Shown here: positions 49,811 through 59,975 of the stretch, piece after piece
How the letters are laid out: each line of letters begins with the position of its first letter
How positions within the stretch are numbered: position 1 is the first letter of the stretch
Source: an uncultured Nitrososphaerota archaeon
GTDB lineage: Archaea > Thermoproteota > Nitrososphaeria > Nitrososphaerales > Gagatemarchaeaceae
Assembly: GCA_963718895.1 (NCBI GenBank)
Contig: CAVRAG010000008.1
Coordinates: 1,504,001-1,568,000 of the forward strand
Reading direction: 5' to 3'
DNA length: 64,000 nt
Position numbers and translations under genes: made by a program
Notes under the pieces: generated by a model
What the model saw: the letters and a program-made list of their open reading frames with translations, nothing else
Databases searched by the model: none
What the model was told of the DNA's origin: nothing

Positions 49811-52159
49811 CTACGATGCTCCACTACCCCCCAATTCAGATCTCCGAGGCTGGGAGGACTGATTAGGTCCACGCGCGATGATTAGAATCGGGACAAGAAT
49901 CACGATTGTGATCAGAACCCACGCATACCAGAAGCTTGTCTTCAGGACAAGAGGAAGCGAAGTACCCTGTGAGCCCGAAGAGCTCGTAGTCGAGGTCGAG
50001 TTTCCGTTCGTGCTCGACGTGTTGGGACCGAGGCTGGATGTTGTTTCCGTGGATGAGCTAGAGGTGGTCATTGTACTGGAGGTCACGGTTCCAGGAAGGC
50101 TAGAGGTAGTCGAAGAGCTACTAAACGTGTTCGTGCTCTGTGTGCTGGTCACAGTCGTCACTTTTGGTGAAACCACTAGGTAGATGGTCGAGTTACTTCC
50201 AGAGTAACCATTCTCGGATGCGCTGATGGTAACGAAATCATATAGAGTGTTCTCAACATTTCCGACAGTGAAGTTGATTGCAAAGTGTCCATTCTTGTCC
50301 GTCACAGTGGTCTGTGTGTAGAAGCTGGAGCCTATGGTGTCGGACACAGTAACCGCGGCTCCGCCTACGCCGCTGTAGCAGCAGAGGTAGACGTAGCCGG
50401 TGATTGCATCTTGGACCCCTGGGTTCGGGCTGTTGTTTGACACTGTCCCGCTTAGGTCCAGTTGCGTGCTACTGCAGGCGATGTAGATTGTATTTGACGC
50501 GATTCCTGTACGACCTGCCACAGACGCCGACGCTGTGACGACGTCGATTCCACACTTCGCTGCTATCTGTACCTCGGTCAAAGCGACGCCGCTGGAGTTG
50601 GTCTTGACCGTGGCAGGCGCGAAGGTTGAGCTAAACCCATCGGTGAAACCAACGGACGCTCCTGAGACAGGTTGGCCCCCAGAGGTGACAGTCGCCTCAA
50701 CGATGAGTTGGTCGTTTACCGCTGAAGTAACGTATGGACGATTCTCAAATGTGGAGAGCGTGCTGGGCAGAAACCGGTTCTCTACCACCGTGAGATAGTT
50801 TGAACCTGATGGATTCACTGTCATGTATATTGTAGAGCTGCTGTCCGAATACCCGCTCTTGGAAGCTGTAACGGTGATGAGGTCGTACTTGGAGCTGTCT
50901 ACATTTCCGAGTGTGAAGTTAATTGAGTAGAATCCGTTACTGCTTGTCTGAACGGACTCCGTGTAGAAGCTGGAGCCTATGGTGTCGGACACAGTAACCG
51001 CGGCTCCGCCTACGCCGCTGTAGCAGCAGAGGTAGACGTAGCCGGAGATGATATTGGTGCTCCCGCTGACTGCCGGATTGTTCTGAACCGAAGCATCAAC
51101 GTCCAGTTGCGTGCTACTGCAGGCGATGTAGATTGTATTTGACGCGATTCCTGTACGACCTGCCACAGACGCCGACGCTGTGACGACGTCGATTCCACAC
51201 TTCGCTGCTATCTGTACCTCGGTCAAAGCGACGCCGCTGGAGTTGGTCTTGACCGTGGCAGGCGCGAAGGTTGAGCTAAACCCATCGGTGAAACCAACGG
51301 ACGCTCCTGAGACAGGTTGGCCTCCTGCAGTAACCGTCGTCTCGACGACTACCTGGTCGTTTACCGCTGAAGTAACGTATGGACGATTCTCAAATGTGGA
51401 GAGCGTGCTGGGCAGAAACCGGTTCTCTACCACCGTGAGATAGTTTGAACCTGATGGATTCACTGTCATGTAGATCGTGGAACTGCTCCCCGAATAACCG
51501 CTTTCCAAGGTTGTCACTGTGATGAAGTCGTACTTGGAACTACCTACTGCTCCGAGTGTGAAGTTAGTCGAATAGTATCCATTGCTACTGGTCTGCACAG
51601 TCTGTGTGTAGAAGCTGGAGCCTATGGTGTCGGACACAGTAACCGCGGCTCCGCCTACGCCGCTGTAGCAGCAGAGGTAGACGTAGCCGGAGATGATATT
51701 GGTGCTCCCGCTGACTGCCGGATTGTTCTGAACCGAAGCATCAACGTCCAGTTGCGTGCTACTGCACGCCACTGAAATGGAAGTAGACTGGGTGCTTGTA
51801 GAACCAGCTATGCTCACGCTCGCATTTATCATGTCGGTTCCACAGCGTTGTGCTATCTGTAGTTCGCTCACAGCGACACCGGTAGAGTTGGTAGCGGCGG
51901 TGGAGGGAGCGAAGGTTGACTTGAAGGAATCGATAAAACTGACCGACGCTCCTGAGGCCGGCTGGCCCCCAGAGGTGACAGTCGCCTCGACGACCAACTG
52001 GTCATTGACCGCGAATGCCTGGCCCTTCATTACGGAGACCCCCACCGACAATCCTGGGGCTCCAGAGGCTGTTGTAAATCGGAAGCCGGGTGAAGCGTAA
52101 CCAACGAGCAGAACCATTAGCATGAGTGCAGACCACGCTCGAAGGTGTACCAACTGCAT
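49811..52159 (-). CDS. Surface protein with three tandem ~215-aa Ig-like repeats, Ser/Thr stalk and C-terminal TM
   Basis: Signal peptide; repeated NDQLVVEATVT..GQPVSGA..TNSSGVA and GYVYLCCYSGVGGA. Confidence 0.85.
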   Translation of the reverse strand: MQLVHLRAWSALMLMVLLVGYASPGFRFTTASGAPGLSVGVSVMKGQAFAVNDQLVVEATVTSGGQPASGASVSFIDSFKSTFAPSTAATNSTGVAVSELQIAQRCGTDMINASVSIAGSTSTQSTSISVACSSTQLDVDASVQNNPAVSGSTNIISGYVYLCCYSGVGGAAVTVSDTIGSSFYTQTVQTSSNGYYSTNFTLGAVGSSKYDFITVTTLESGYSGSSSTIYMTVNPSGSNYLTVVENRFLPSTLSTFENRPYVTSAVNDQVVVETTVTAGGQPVSGASVGFTDGFSSTFAPATVKTNSSGVALTEVQIAAKCGIDVVTASASVAGRTGIASNTIYIACSSTQLDVDASVQNNPAVSGSTNIISGYVYLCCYSGVGGAAVTVSDTIGSSFYTESVQTSSNGFYSINFTLGNVDSSKYDLITVTASKSGYSDSSSTIYMTVNPSGSNYLTVVENRFLPSTLSTFENRPYVTSAVNDQLIVEATVTSGGQPVSGASVGFTDGFSSTFAPATVKTNSSGVALTEVQIAAKCGIDVVTASASVAGRTGIASNTIYIACSSTQLDLSGTVSNNSPNPGVQDAITGYVYLCCYSGVGGAAVTVSDTIGSSFYTQTTVTDKNGHFAINFTVGNVENTLYDFVTISASENGYSGSNSTIYLVVSPKVTTVTSTQSTNTFSSSSTTSSLPGTVTSSTMTTSSSSTETTSSLGPNTSSTNGNSTSTTSSSGSQGTSLPLVLKTSFWYAWVLITIVILVPILIIARGPNQSSQPRRSELGGSGAS
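50190..52010. repeat. 645-bp near-identical tandem intragenic repeats (x3)
   Basis: CAGTTGCGTGCTACTGCA at ~50459, 51104 and 51749. Confidence 0.9.
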
Positions 52160-52706
52160 GATACGACTGAGTTCACTCCTTAATACTTTTTCAAGGAACA
52201 GAAGGGCTCTGGATAGGAATGAGTTTGGGGGTGACTCGCCTCACCAGGCATGCTGAGACTGCCGAGAGTAGTGACAAGAATGCTGGATGCAGTCAGCGAT
52301 AATCTCCTCACACGTTCACAGTCAGGTAGTCCGCTTATTCAGTTTTGGACCTACAGTTTAGAACTCAAGACGTGTCTCGAACTTCTCACTTGTTTTCGTT
52401 CAGGTCGGAGTGGGCAGTCTATGGCGTCCCTTCACTCGTGAAATCGCATTCTGGAACCCTACGCAACCTGCGCCACCTTCACCATCCCAACCGCCGTCGT
52501 CTTCAGGCCCGGGTCGATGTACCTCTTGAAGATGGCAAGGTCCTCCGGGAGTCTCGAGCGCGATAGGGTACTCCATCTCGTACTCCTTCTGTGAGACCAA
52601 GTTTCGCTATTCTCTTGGCTCTGAGCACGTATGAGTTTGGCCTGTCGGATTCCGACACTGGCAACATACGTACGTGAGGCGACAGCACCGTTGACTGTCC
52701 ATCTCT

Positions 52707-53135
52707 TCATTGGGTCTTCTCAACTGGCTTCCAATTCTTTGTATAGCGCTGAATCGGCTTCTCAAGGAACTTGGGATCTAACCCGATGGCATCTTTTAGG
52801 ATAAGACCAAGATGTCTAATAAGATAGTCGCCAATTTCAAGCTGGAATTGTGGCTTGAATGGGGAGTCGAGATGAAGCTCCGATTCCATCAGTGCCCCGA
52901 GTTCTGCCCCTTCTTCCGTTGTTAGAAAGTCGTCTATCTTAGCGAATACTTCGCCGATCTCCAAGTTAGAGGCTGGATACAACAGATAGGTTCTCCACAT
53001 GAGGTGACTGGAGTCACCCTCCTTGACTTCACTTGCAGGAGCGGACCCAGCGAAAAGACTCTCGGTCGAGCTAAGAGGTCCTATTAGTTTCGAGCGCAAA
53101 ACCAGTCGCCTAACTGCTACTGACTCTATCTTCAT
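52707..53135 (-). CDS. Hypothetical protein
   Basis: Overlaps the upstream 499-aa gene, operon-like. Confidence 0.55.
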   Translation of the reverse strand: MKIESVAVRRLVLRSKLIGPLSSTESLFAGSAPASEVKEGDSSHLMWRTYLLYPASNLEIGEVFAKIDDFLTTEEGAELGALMESELHLDSPFKPQFQLEIGDYLIRHLGLILKDAIGLDPKFLEKPIQRYTKNWKPVEKTQ

Positions 53136-54609
53136 TGATTCTCACCATTATTTCAACTCCGACAGAAGTGTTGGGTAGTCGCTTTGGGAACACGAACATG
53201 ACCTGATGCTCACTGCTCCAGTTTGGTTCTGGGTCAGACTTGATAAAGGTGCACCACTCTGGGAGAAGCAATTCGAATACTTCGTCTGTTGATGCGTATG
53301 ATGTGTTTATCAGATAACCAAGTCTAATCTTGTGTTCTTTGCCAATCTTTTCCATCTTCATGACTTGGTCGTACTCAAACAGAAGACTGGCAGATTCTTC
53401 GTCCGCAGAGGGCCGTCTCGACTTGATCTCCAGAAGCGGCCCACTTGGGGTATTCCTAATCGAATAGGGCAATCTATAGAAGTAGTCCTGCACTATGACT
53501 TGTTTTGGCATCGAATACAGACCAACAGTCAAAGTTTGGTCATAGTGCGCTTGTGCTTGGTGCCTCGCATTTGAGTAGACTTTGAACTCGAAATATCCAT
53601 CCTCATTGGAGTTAGATATGAGACGTACTGTTGTCTTCGAGTAACCTTTGTACTGTGTCTTCTCCCACTGGCTCAGGATATGTTCTATCTTGTCATGCCT
53701 TTCCTTACTTTGGTCCCGTAATGATCTGGGAAACGGAATTCGAACGCTCATCAAGATTACCTTGTCAGAAATGACCCGAATCCACATCAGTTGTCGGAAG
53801 AATGATGCCGTGAAAGCATAACCATAGATGTATTTCTCGAGTTCAAAATCTCGTTCTATGCCATACGAATCTTCCATGCCTGACTTTTGAATCGCATCTT
53901 GCAACTGCTCAGGTGTCTGGAACATGTTGAAAACGGTTATCTTAACCCAGCGGATTGATATTGGAAAGAATAGGAGGGAAATCAGGGCAAGAATGAAGCC
54001 GTACGCACCATACACTAGCCCACTCGTCCCTAATTTCAGGCGATAAATCATAGGATAAGACCTACCTTTCGGCCTACGTGGCGTCGCTGGCTGACCCAAC
54101 GCCAGAATTGCTCCGAGAATCAAGAGGAGATCAATAGAGACTCGCGTTACAAAACCACCGAGGACTTGGACGATGACACCTGGAATCTCCGCCTCAAGGT
54201 GTCGTTGGACCGGCTCGCCAATCCACAGCACCACACCTTGGCCCAGTCGCACGATTGCCGCAAGACACACAAGAATCAACACCCACCCTAACATGCTGTG
54301 CATCAGCCTAGACCGAGAAGACATTTCTCGTGACCCGGCTATACCGTAGAAACCAATCGATACTAACGGGAGAACAATTGCCAAAGCTAGAGCTTCCAAA
54401 ACAGTAAGGAATTCAATCCGAAGTCCGGCGGCCGAAAGAAGATCAGCCACAGCGTAGAGTGCAAACGCGATGGCAGAAAGACGGAGAAAGAAATCTCTCA
54501 ACATTACCAAGCGAGTACCTTTCTTTCCCCTTGTCACTTCGTCGACGACCGTTTCAAGAGGAAGCCTCATTAGACCGCCAGATTCATCTCCTGGAACCCA
54601 TTCGCTCAT
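53110..54609 (-). CDS. Membrane protein, N-terminal TM bundle plus soluble C-domain
   Basis: 499-aa ORF with about 6 TM segments. Confidence 0.7.
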   Translation of the reverse strand: MSEWVPGDESGGLMRLPLETVVDEVTRGKKGTRLVMLRDFFLRLSAIAFALYAVADLLSAAGLRIEFLTVLEALALAIVLPLVSIGFYGIAGSREMSSRSRLMHSMLGWVLILVCLAAIVRLGQGVVLWIGEPVQRHLEAEIPGVIVQVLGGFVTRVSIDLLLILGAILALGQPATPRRPKGRSYPMIYRLKLGTSGLVYGAYGFILALISLLFFPISIRWVKITVFNMFQTPEQLQDAIQKSGMEDSYGIERDFELEKYIYGYAFTASFFRQLMWIRVISDKVILMSVRIPFPRSLRDQSKERHDKIEHILSQWEKTQYKGYSKTTVRLISNSNEDGYFEFKVYSNARHQAQAHYDQTLTVGLYSMPKQVIVQDYFYRLPYSIRNTPSGPLLEIKSRRPSADEESASLLFEYDQVMKMEKIGKEHKIRLGYLINTSYASTDEVFELLLPEWCTFIKSDPEPNWSSEHQVMFVFPKRLPNTSVGVEIMVRINEDRVSSS

Positions 54610-54752
54610 TGTCTCTTTACTCGATCTAGATGCACTTGAGTCATCTCTTTCTGCCTAATGTTATTAGGAAGGCCTAGTTATCGCCCGCGAGACCATAACC
54701 GCCCACTCGAGCCAAGCATAAAGGTTCATTGCATCCGGCTGGTTTGCACCCT

Positions 54753-55055
54753 TCAAATCTGGGAAATGGTCGCGCGACATACAATGCCTTTGTTATAATC
54801 CACTGATAATGAACCATCAGGATTCTTCCAGATTTCACATTGTGTTTCTTGAGTCGCTTTCTCTATCGCATCGAACACAGACCTTGCTTCTACTATGTAT
54901 GGGTCCTTTCCTCCAACCATTCTGATTGCAAACCTCTTAGGAATGTTGGCAGTCTCTTCTTTCGACACATGGCTTGGGGGTTCCGTGTTATCCTTGTTGT
55001 ACATCCACAGGTTAACCCACTTCCAGAAATCAGGCACCCGTTCCATGTCTCTCAC
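54753..55055 (-). CDS. Hypothetical protein
   Basis: Single plausible ORF in the cassette. Confidence 0.4.
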   Translation of the reverse strand: MRDMERVPDFWKWVNLWMYNKDNTEPPSHVSKEETANIPKRFAIRMVGGKDPYIVEARSVFDAIEKATQETQCEIWKNPDGSLSVDYNKGIVCRATISQI

Positions 55056-55348
55056 CGATTATGGCATTCGGTACCAGGAACTTTCCCAAACAACTCTTTC
55101 CACAACTCTCTTTCTTTCTCTTCCGCCCTCTTATTGCAGCATGGTTTCCACTGCGTTTGTATTCTATTCATCGCAAAGCCTTCGCTAAGCCGCGGACGTC
55201 GTCGTCCCATCTCGTCCGATCTCAGCAACGATTCTGATTACTTGTTACGTATATAAGCGTTACAGCTATCAAGAGATTATCTTGAATTCTAGAAGAAAGT
55301 GCTCCGGAAATCCACATGGTTCATTGCGCCTCCGCCTGGAGAGTATTC

Positions 55349-56332
55349 TCAGAATTGGGGTAGGTCAGTCCGGGAGGCTCTCCGCCAAACGACATGTATG
55401 AGTCTCGCACTCTCGATGACTCCGAAGAAGTACAGTGCAATCGTCAGTAACGAACTTACGCGATTCGATAGTATCTGTGAAATCGAAGAGATGGGTTGAA
55501 TGCTAAGGTGAAAGTTGGTGTATGTCTGCTCCATGTCGAAGGAACTTCCATTGAACATCGTCACTACGAGTAATGGTGAGTAATCGCCCCCCGAAGGAAA
55601 GGCAATGTAGGAGCAGCAATATGACCATTCACCTGCGGATTTGTGGTCGAGAGAGATGAACTGTTCTGCAGTATTGGCATCCAGCGAGGAATTGGATAGG
55701 ACTTGGCTTTGAAATGCAAAATCCATATGGTCAATGCTCGAGGCGGTAGTCACGTTATACACAGAGGCGGTCACACTAACATTGATTGATAATCCAGCTA
55801 CGAATTCGAGTTCGTCGGTTAGGGTGTTGTGTAGGAATACGACGATGGCGACGTCTTGGGATAAGGGTGATTTGTTGGAGAAGCTGAAATCCATTGGGGC
55901 GTTAATAGCGTAGCCACCTGCCTCACTTCCAAGGGCCTGCGTTGTTATGATAGTTCCTCCAATAAATGCCCCGAGTAACAGATCAACAAAAATCACGACA
56001 ACCACTAGAAGATACCACACCCAGCGAAATCTTAGAAAGCTTCTCCTAGTGCCTCTTGTAAGCTCTTCTAGAAGTCTACCCACTTTGGGTATTCTTGTGA
56101 TAACCGAGTTGGGATTCAATGATGCTGAATCATTGACTGATTCAGGCGTGAAACCGTAGACGACTGCTAGCGTCCCAAAGAAGACCAAGGCGACATACAA
56201 TTCAGTTAGATTACCTGCTTCCGGAGTACTAAGCACCTGAGAAGCTATTGATCCTTCTAGTGTGAAAATTGTCAGAAACCAAATACTCATGACAATGAAT
56301 GATAGACCAATTAAGATGGCATATTTTCTCAA
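55349..56332 (-). CDS. Membrane protein with extracellular domain
   Basis: 327-aa ORF with TM segments, filling one cassette. Confidence 0.65.
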   Translation of the reverse strand: MRKYAILIGLSFIVMSIWFLTIFTLEGSIASQVLSTPEAGNLTELYVALVFFGTLAVVYGFTPESVNDSASLNPNSVITRIPKVGRLLEELTRGTRRSFLRFRWVWYLLVVVVIFVDLLLGAFIGGTIITTQALGSEAGGYAINAPMDFSFSNKSPLSQDVAIVVFLHNTLTDELEFVAGLSINVSVTASVYNVTTASSIDHMDFAFQSQVLSNSSLDANTAEQFISLDHKSAGEWSYCCSYIAFPSGGDYSPLLVVTMFNGSSFDMEQTYTNFHLSIQPISSISQILSNRVSSLLTIALYFFGVIESARLIHVVWRRASRTDLPQF

Positions 56333-56474
56333 ATCTGGGAAATAGACTCACGTATCGCTATTTATCAATAATGTGTAACAATGACTCTTGTGCCTCCGCC
56401 GGGGCATTTCATCCACACGTTGGGCTATCGCAAGTCGACCGGCTGAACGCGCCGCCCTCGGCAGGGTCCGACCT

Positions 56475-57128
56475 TCATCGTCCAAACGCCCACGCCACCA
56501 TGAGCGGTAACTCTTCTCGCCAGAATGCGTCGCCGTGCGATCCGACCCGCTCGATCATGACGACGTCTGCACCCGCATCGCGCAGCGCGGTCGCCCACCG
56601 CCTCGCGTTCTCGAGGAAGAACGGCTCCAGGGTGCCGGCGACGAGATACGCGCGCTGCACCGATCGCGGCATAGCTTCAGGAGGGCGGTAACCCCCGCCT
56701 GGCGAGGCGCAGAAGATCGCACCGTAGATGTCCGGATGGCGAAGCCCAATGGCGAGCGCGAGCTCTCCACTCGCCGAGACACCGAACACCGCGGTGCGCT
56801 CGGCGGGCAGCGCCACTTCGAAACGCGACCTCGCCCATCGGCGGAGGTCCTCGACAAAGAACTTCTCGTGCGCCGCGAACCGCACCGGGTCAAACGCCGG
56901 TGAGTACTCATGGAGCCGCAGCGTCTCATCGTCCAGCCGGTGTGCACCGACGATCATCGTGGGCGGTACGTCGGCCGCCTCGAGGGCTCCTCCCCATTGC
57001 GCGATCAACTGGCCGTCACCGGCGAACACGACCGCCTCGGGCGGATCAGGTGGGACATACACCGTGACCTGACGACCACCATCGTACTCGAACGTCTCGG
57101 TGACGAGCTCTCCCTTGATGGACGACAT
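56475..57128 (-). CDS. Alpha/beta-hydrolase (Fes/esterase-like)
   Basis: RQVTVYVPP, FGVSASG nucleophile elbow, GSHG. Confidence 0.85.
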   Translation of the reverse strand: MSSIKGELVTETFEYDGGRQVTVYVPPDPPEAVVFAGDGQLIAQWGGALEAADVPPTMIVGAHRLDDETLRLHEYSPAFDPVRFAAHEKFFVEDLRRWARSRFEVALPAERTAVFGVSASGELALAIGLRHPDIYGAIFCASPGGGYRPPEAMPRSVQRAYLVAGTLEPFFLENARRWATALRDAGADVVMIERVGSHGDAFWREELPLMVAWAFGR

Positions 57129-57218
57129 CGTCGCTGGTGAGATTGCCTGTGATATTGGTATTCTCGATTGCGCCTCCGCCTCGGCATTTCATCCACACAT
57201 AGCACTGGACCTGAATCT

Positions 57219-57611
57219 TCAACCCTTGAGGACGTTCTCGTCAACTTTCACGAGCAACCAAGAGTAGAGGTTGGTTCGAAGCTTCCTGTTCCTCGGGTTT
57301 CCACATACTACAAAATCTTCACCCTGCTTCAAGTGGATGTGTATCCGAGGACTGGGTAGGTAAGGAGTCAGGCCTTCTTGCAGCGACATGGTACCTATAT
57401 CTGAGTAGTTGACATCTCGACGAAGACTTCTTCCGACGAGTTGGAATAGATTTTCGTAGAATCTGGCCGCTCGAACGGGTTGAATCCAGTTTCGAATGAC
57501 TCCAGGGACGCAGAGTGCTGAGCCAAAAAGGAGCCCGATCGACCCAGCGAATGCGGCAGGAGAGTAGAACAACAGGCGAACCCCAAAGTACAGGCTAGCA
57601 ACTGTGAGCAC
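57219..57611 (-). CDS. Small membrane-associated hypothetical protein
   Basis: Two TM segments then a soluble domain; 5' end uncertain. Confidence 0.4.
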   Translation of the reverse strand: MLTVASLYFGVRLLFYSPAAFAGSIGLLFGSALCVPGVIRNWIQPVRAARFYENLFQLVGRSLRRDVNYSDIGTMSLQEGLTPYLPSPRIHIHLKQGEDFVVCGNPRNRKLRTNLYSWLLVKVDENVLKG

Positions 57612-57807
57612 GGAATAGCTGGCAAGAGCGGGAGTCAGTGAACAAATGAATAGCGTAGGTTCTAGCTGCTTTCAAAGTATCCCTTCCAATCGCAAGACGA
57701 GCGAACCAGGCGTGACGAGAAACCACGCATCAATCAGCCTATCAGCGATTTGAGCCGCGGCAACGACACTTAACTTTTGTCAAATGCGGTTACTGAGATT
57801 CGTAGTG

Positions 57808-57920
57808 TCTAGGCTTCCTTTGATCTTAGGATGCCGTAAAATGGGCAAGTGCCATGTATAGGGTTCATTGCGCCTCCGCCGGGGCATTTCATCCACACGT
57901 TGGGCTATAGTAAGTCGACC
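57808..57920 (+). repeat. Most complete copy of the cassette-boundary element (left arm + core + right arm)
   Basis: ...GATGCCGTAAAATGGGCAAGTGCCATGTATAGGGTTCATTGCGCCTCCGCCGGGGCATTTCATCCACACGTTGGGCTATAGTAAGTCGACC. Confidence 0.9.
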
Positions 57921-58063
57921 TTTCTTGTGTGGGTTCCAGATTACCTTTCGCTCTTCGAAATCCTTGGCCCCAAAGGACCAATCTTCACAGACGCTGAAGG
58001 CCCAATCAGTTTCGAGCGGCGACCCTGGGTACCATCACGAACCCCGTGCCCGCCTCGGGCACG

Positions 58064-59200
58064 TCAGGGTTTACGTATCTCCTGAAGATCGCAATGTACT
58101 CGGGAAGTCGCAGCGCAATAGGGTCGCCGCAGCGCGTCGTTCTCGCCGGGAAACGGGTCCCCGCCCAGGGCCTTCTTCACGACATCGTAGCTGTCGAGGT
58201 TGGTGAGCCGGTGGGCTATCACGGTCCCGCAGTTGTCCCAGACGTACCTGGAGAGCAAGGTCGGCATCTGGTCGACGATGATGAACCCCCAGCCGTATCT
58301 TCTGGCCTCAGCTATCGCGAGCTCGAGCAAGGTCCTGTCTCCCCTCTGCTGCGGGGGCCTCTCCTCGCTGAGATACCTGTGGGCCTCCTCGACCACGATC
58401 AGCCGCGTGAGCTGCTCAGGGGGCAACTCCCGGTTGAAGGCCCGGGTCTTGTCGTGCTGCCAGAGCTGCGCCAGCATCATCTCGGCCAAGAACCGCTGGT
58501 CCCTCAGCGAATCGACCTGCCCTATCTCGTAGACTGTGACCCTCTCTTCCATCCCCGCGAAGTCAAGGGCCAGCTCCGAGTTGAGCGAGGACCCGACCGC
58601 GCCCATGTTTATGATGTGCAGCCTCGACTCGAGAGCGCGCTGGCTGTTCTGCTCCTTGCTGCTTCCCGCCCTGAACTGCGCTACGGCGCCCTCGAGCTCG
58701 CGGAGGGTGGGGCTCGTCCTCAACTCTCCCCGGAGCGAGCAGAGGCAGTCCAGCAAGATGCGCCTCGATGGCTCGGACAACCCGTACGCCCTCGTGAAGA
58801 CGTCTGTGAAGGCCCTGTCCCACGGGTCGGCCATAGAACCCGGGGGAGGGATCAGCGGATTGAACCTGATGGTGGGCTCGTCCCCCACCGCGAGGATCTG
58901 GACGTCCTCGTCCAGCAGGCCCTTCAGCTCCCTGTACTCGCGCTTCACGTCCACGATGAGGCAGGCCTTCTTCCGGTTCCTCAGCGACTGCTCTATCGCG
59001 TGGAAGGTGTGGTTCGTCTTGCCGGAGCCCGTGGCTCCCACGATGAGCGCGTGCCTCAGCAGGAGCCGGTCGGTGAAACCGAAGCGGGTGTGCCTGGCCT
59101 CGCCGAGCACGGCGAAGATCTTCTTGTGTCCGGAGTTCCGGCTCCTGACCCGCGACTTCATCAGGTCCTCGAAACCCGGTTCAGATGGGTCATCGAACAT
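58064..59200 (-). CDS. HerA/VirB4-like (DUF87) ATPase; probable 3' frameshift extends to ~58006
   Basis: HALIVGATGSGKT, IVDVKREY, IVVEEAH, EARRYG..IIVDQ.P. Confidence 0.88.
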   Translation of the reverse strand: MFDDPSEPGFEDLMKSRVRSRNSGHKKIFAVLGEARHTRFGFTDRLLLRHALIVGATGSGKTNHTFHAIEQSLRNRKKACLIVDVKREYRELKGLLDEDVQILAVGDEPTIRFNPLIPPPGSMADPWDRAFTDVFTRAYGLSEPSRRILLDCLCSLRGELRTSPTLRELEGAVAQFRAGSSKEQNSQRALESRLHIINMGAVGSSLNSELALDFAGMEERVTVYEIGQVDSLRDQRFLAEMMLAQLWQHDKTRAFNRELPPEQLTRLIVVEEAHRYLSEERPPQQRGDRTLLELAIAEARRYGWGFIIVDQMPTLLSRYVWDNCGTVIAHRLTNLDSYDVVKKALGGDPFPGENDALRRPYCAATSRVHCDLQEIRKP

Positions 59201-59663
59201 CCAGGTGAGCCTCCAGCTCCTTGAGCATCCTGCAGAGTCTCGTGTACTCCGCCTGGTCGACCTTTCCCCTCTCGTAGGACATCCTCGCTCCGTCGGACGC
59301 GAGGCGGAGAGCCTCTGTCCATCCCGGGCTCTGAAGCTGCGGGGCCCTTCCAGTGAGGACGCTCTGGAAGGTGACTGAGATCGCCTCGATGAGCTTCTCG
59401 GAATACTGCGAAGCCCTGTAGGCCTGCCCCCTCTTCTCGAGCATCCCGAGGTCGACGAGCCTTGAGAGACGGAACCACGCGCCGGCCCTTCCCACCCTGA
59501 AGACGGACCTCGCGTCGGTGTTGTTCACCGGCTTGATGGTCGCGATGCTCAGCAGGTCGATGACCTTCTCGTCGGAGAGGGCGTACAGGTGTTCCCTGAA
59601 GTGCCTAATCAGCGCCAGATCCTGGGTCACCGACTTTACCCCCGTCGAGCTCAACATCTCCAC
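59190..59663 (-). CDS. Winged-helix DNA-binding protein
   Basis: AWFRLSRLVDLGMLEKRGQAY. Confidence 0.65.
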   Translation of the reverse strand: MEMLSSTGVKSVTQDLALIRHFREHLYALSDEKVIDLLSIATIKPVNNTDARSVFRVGRAGAWFRLSRLVDLGMLEKRGQAYRASQYSEKLIEAISVTFQSVLTGRAPQLQSPGWTEALRLASDGARMSYERGKVDQAEYTRLCRMLKELEAHLDVR

Positions 59664-59975
59664 CCTGCCTCCGGAAAGGAACTCTGCTTCAACTCGAATC
59701 GGCGCGGCTCCCGTCTTAAAGGAGATTCCTTACAACGCGTAAGTACAACTTGTAAGGAAAGGTTTTCTTCTCTAGCTTCAGGGGCGCCCTCACCTGCGTC
59801 TTCTGTGGTCAACCTTCCGTGGGGACGCGACCCGCTTATAGACGGTTCCGCACCTTATTGACGTACCTAAGATACGTTTCCGGGCCTACCGAGTCGGACT
59901 TTCTGAGCGGGTCAGCGGTGCTTCGAGGTATTGCAATGTTCAGGTACTGATATGAGTGTTTTTGCAATCTCGTCC

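Noticed and set aside
57830-57920. Complete tRNA or other known ncRNA gene
   Set aside because: No D-arm, anticodon arm or 5' acceptor strand found; only a 3'-end resemblance.
57849-58206. Recurring short ORFs beginning MRLRRGISSTRW, MPCIGFIAPPPG, MNP or DEMPRRRRNEP
   Set aside because: These are translations of the repeat in different frames, not a protein family.
58046-59378. Long + strand ORFs (392 aa and 280 aa)
   Set aside because: Antisense shadows of the GC-rich HerA-like gene.
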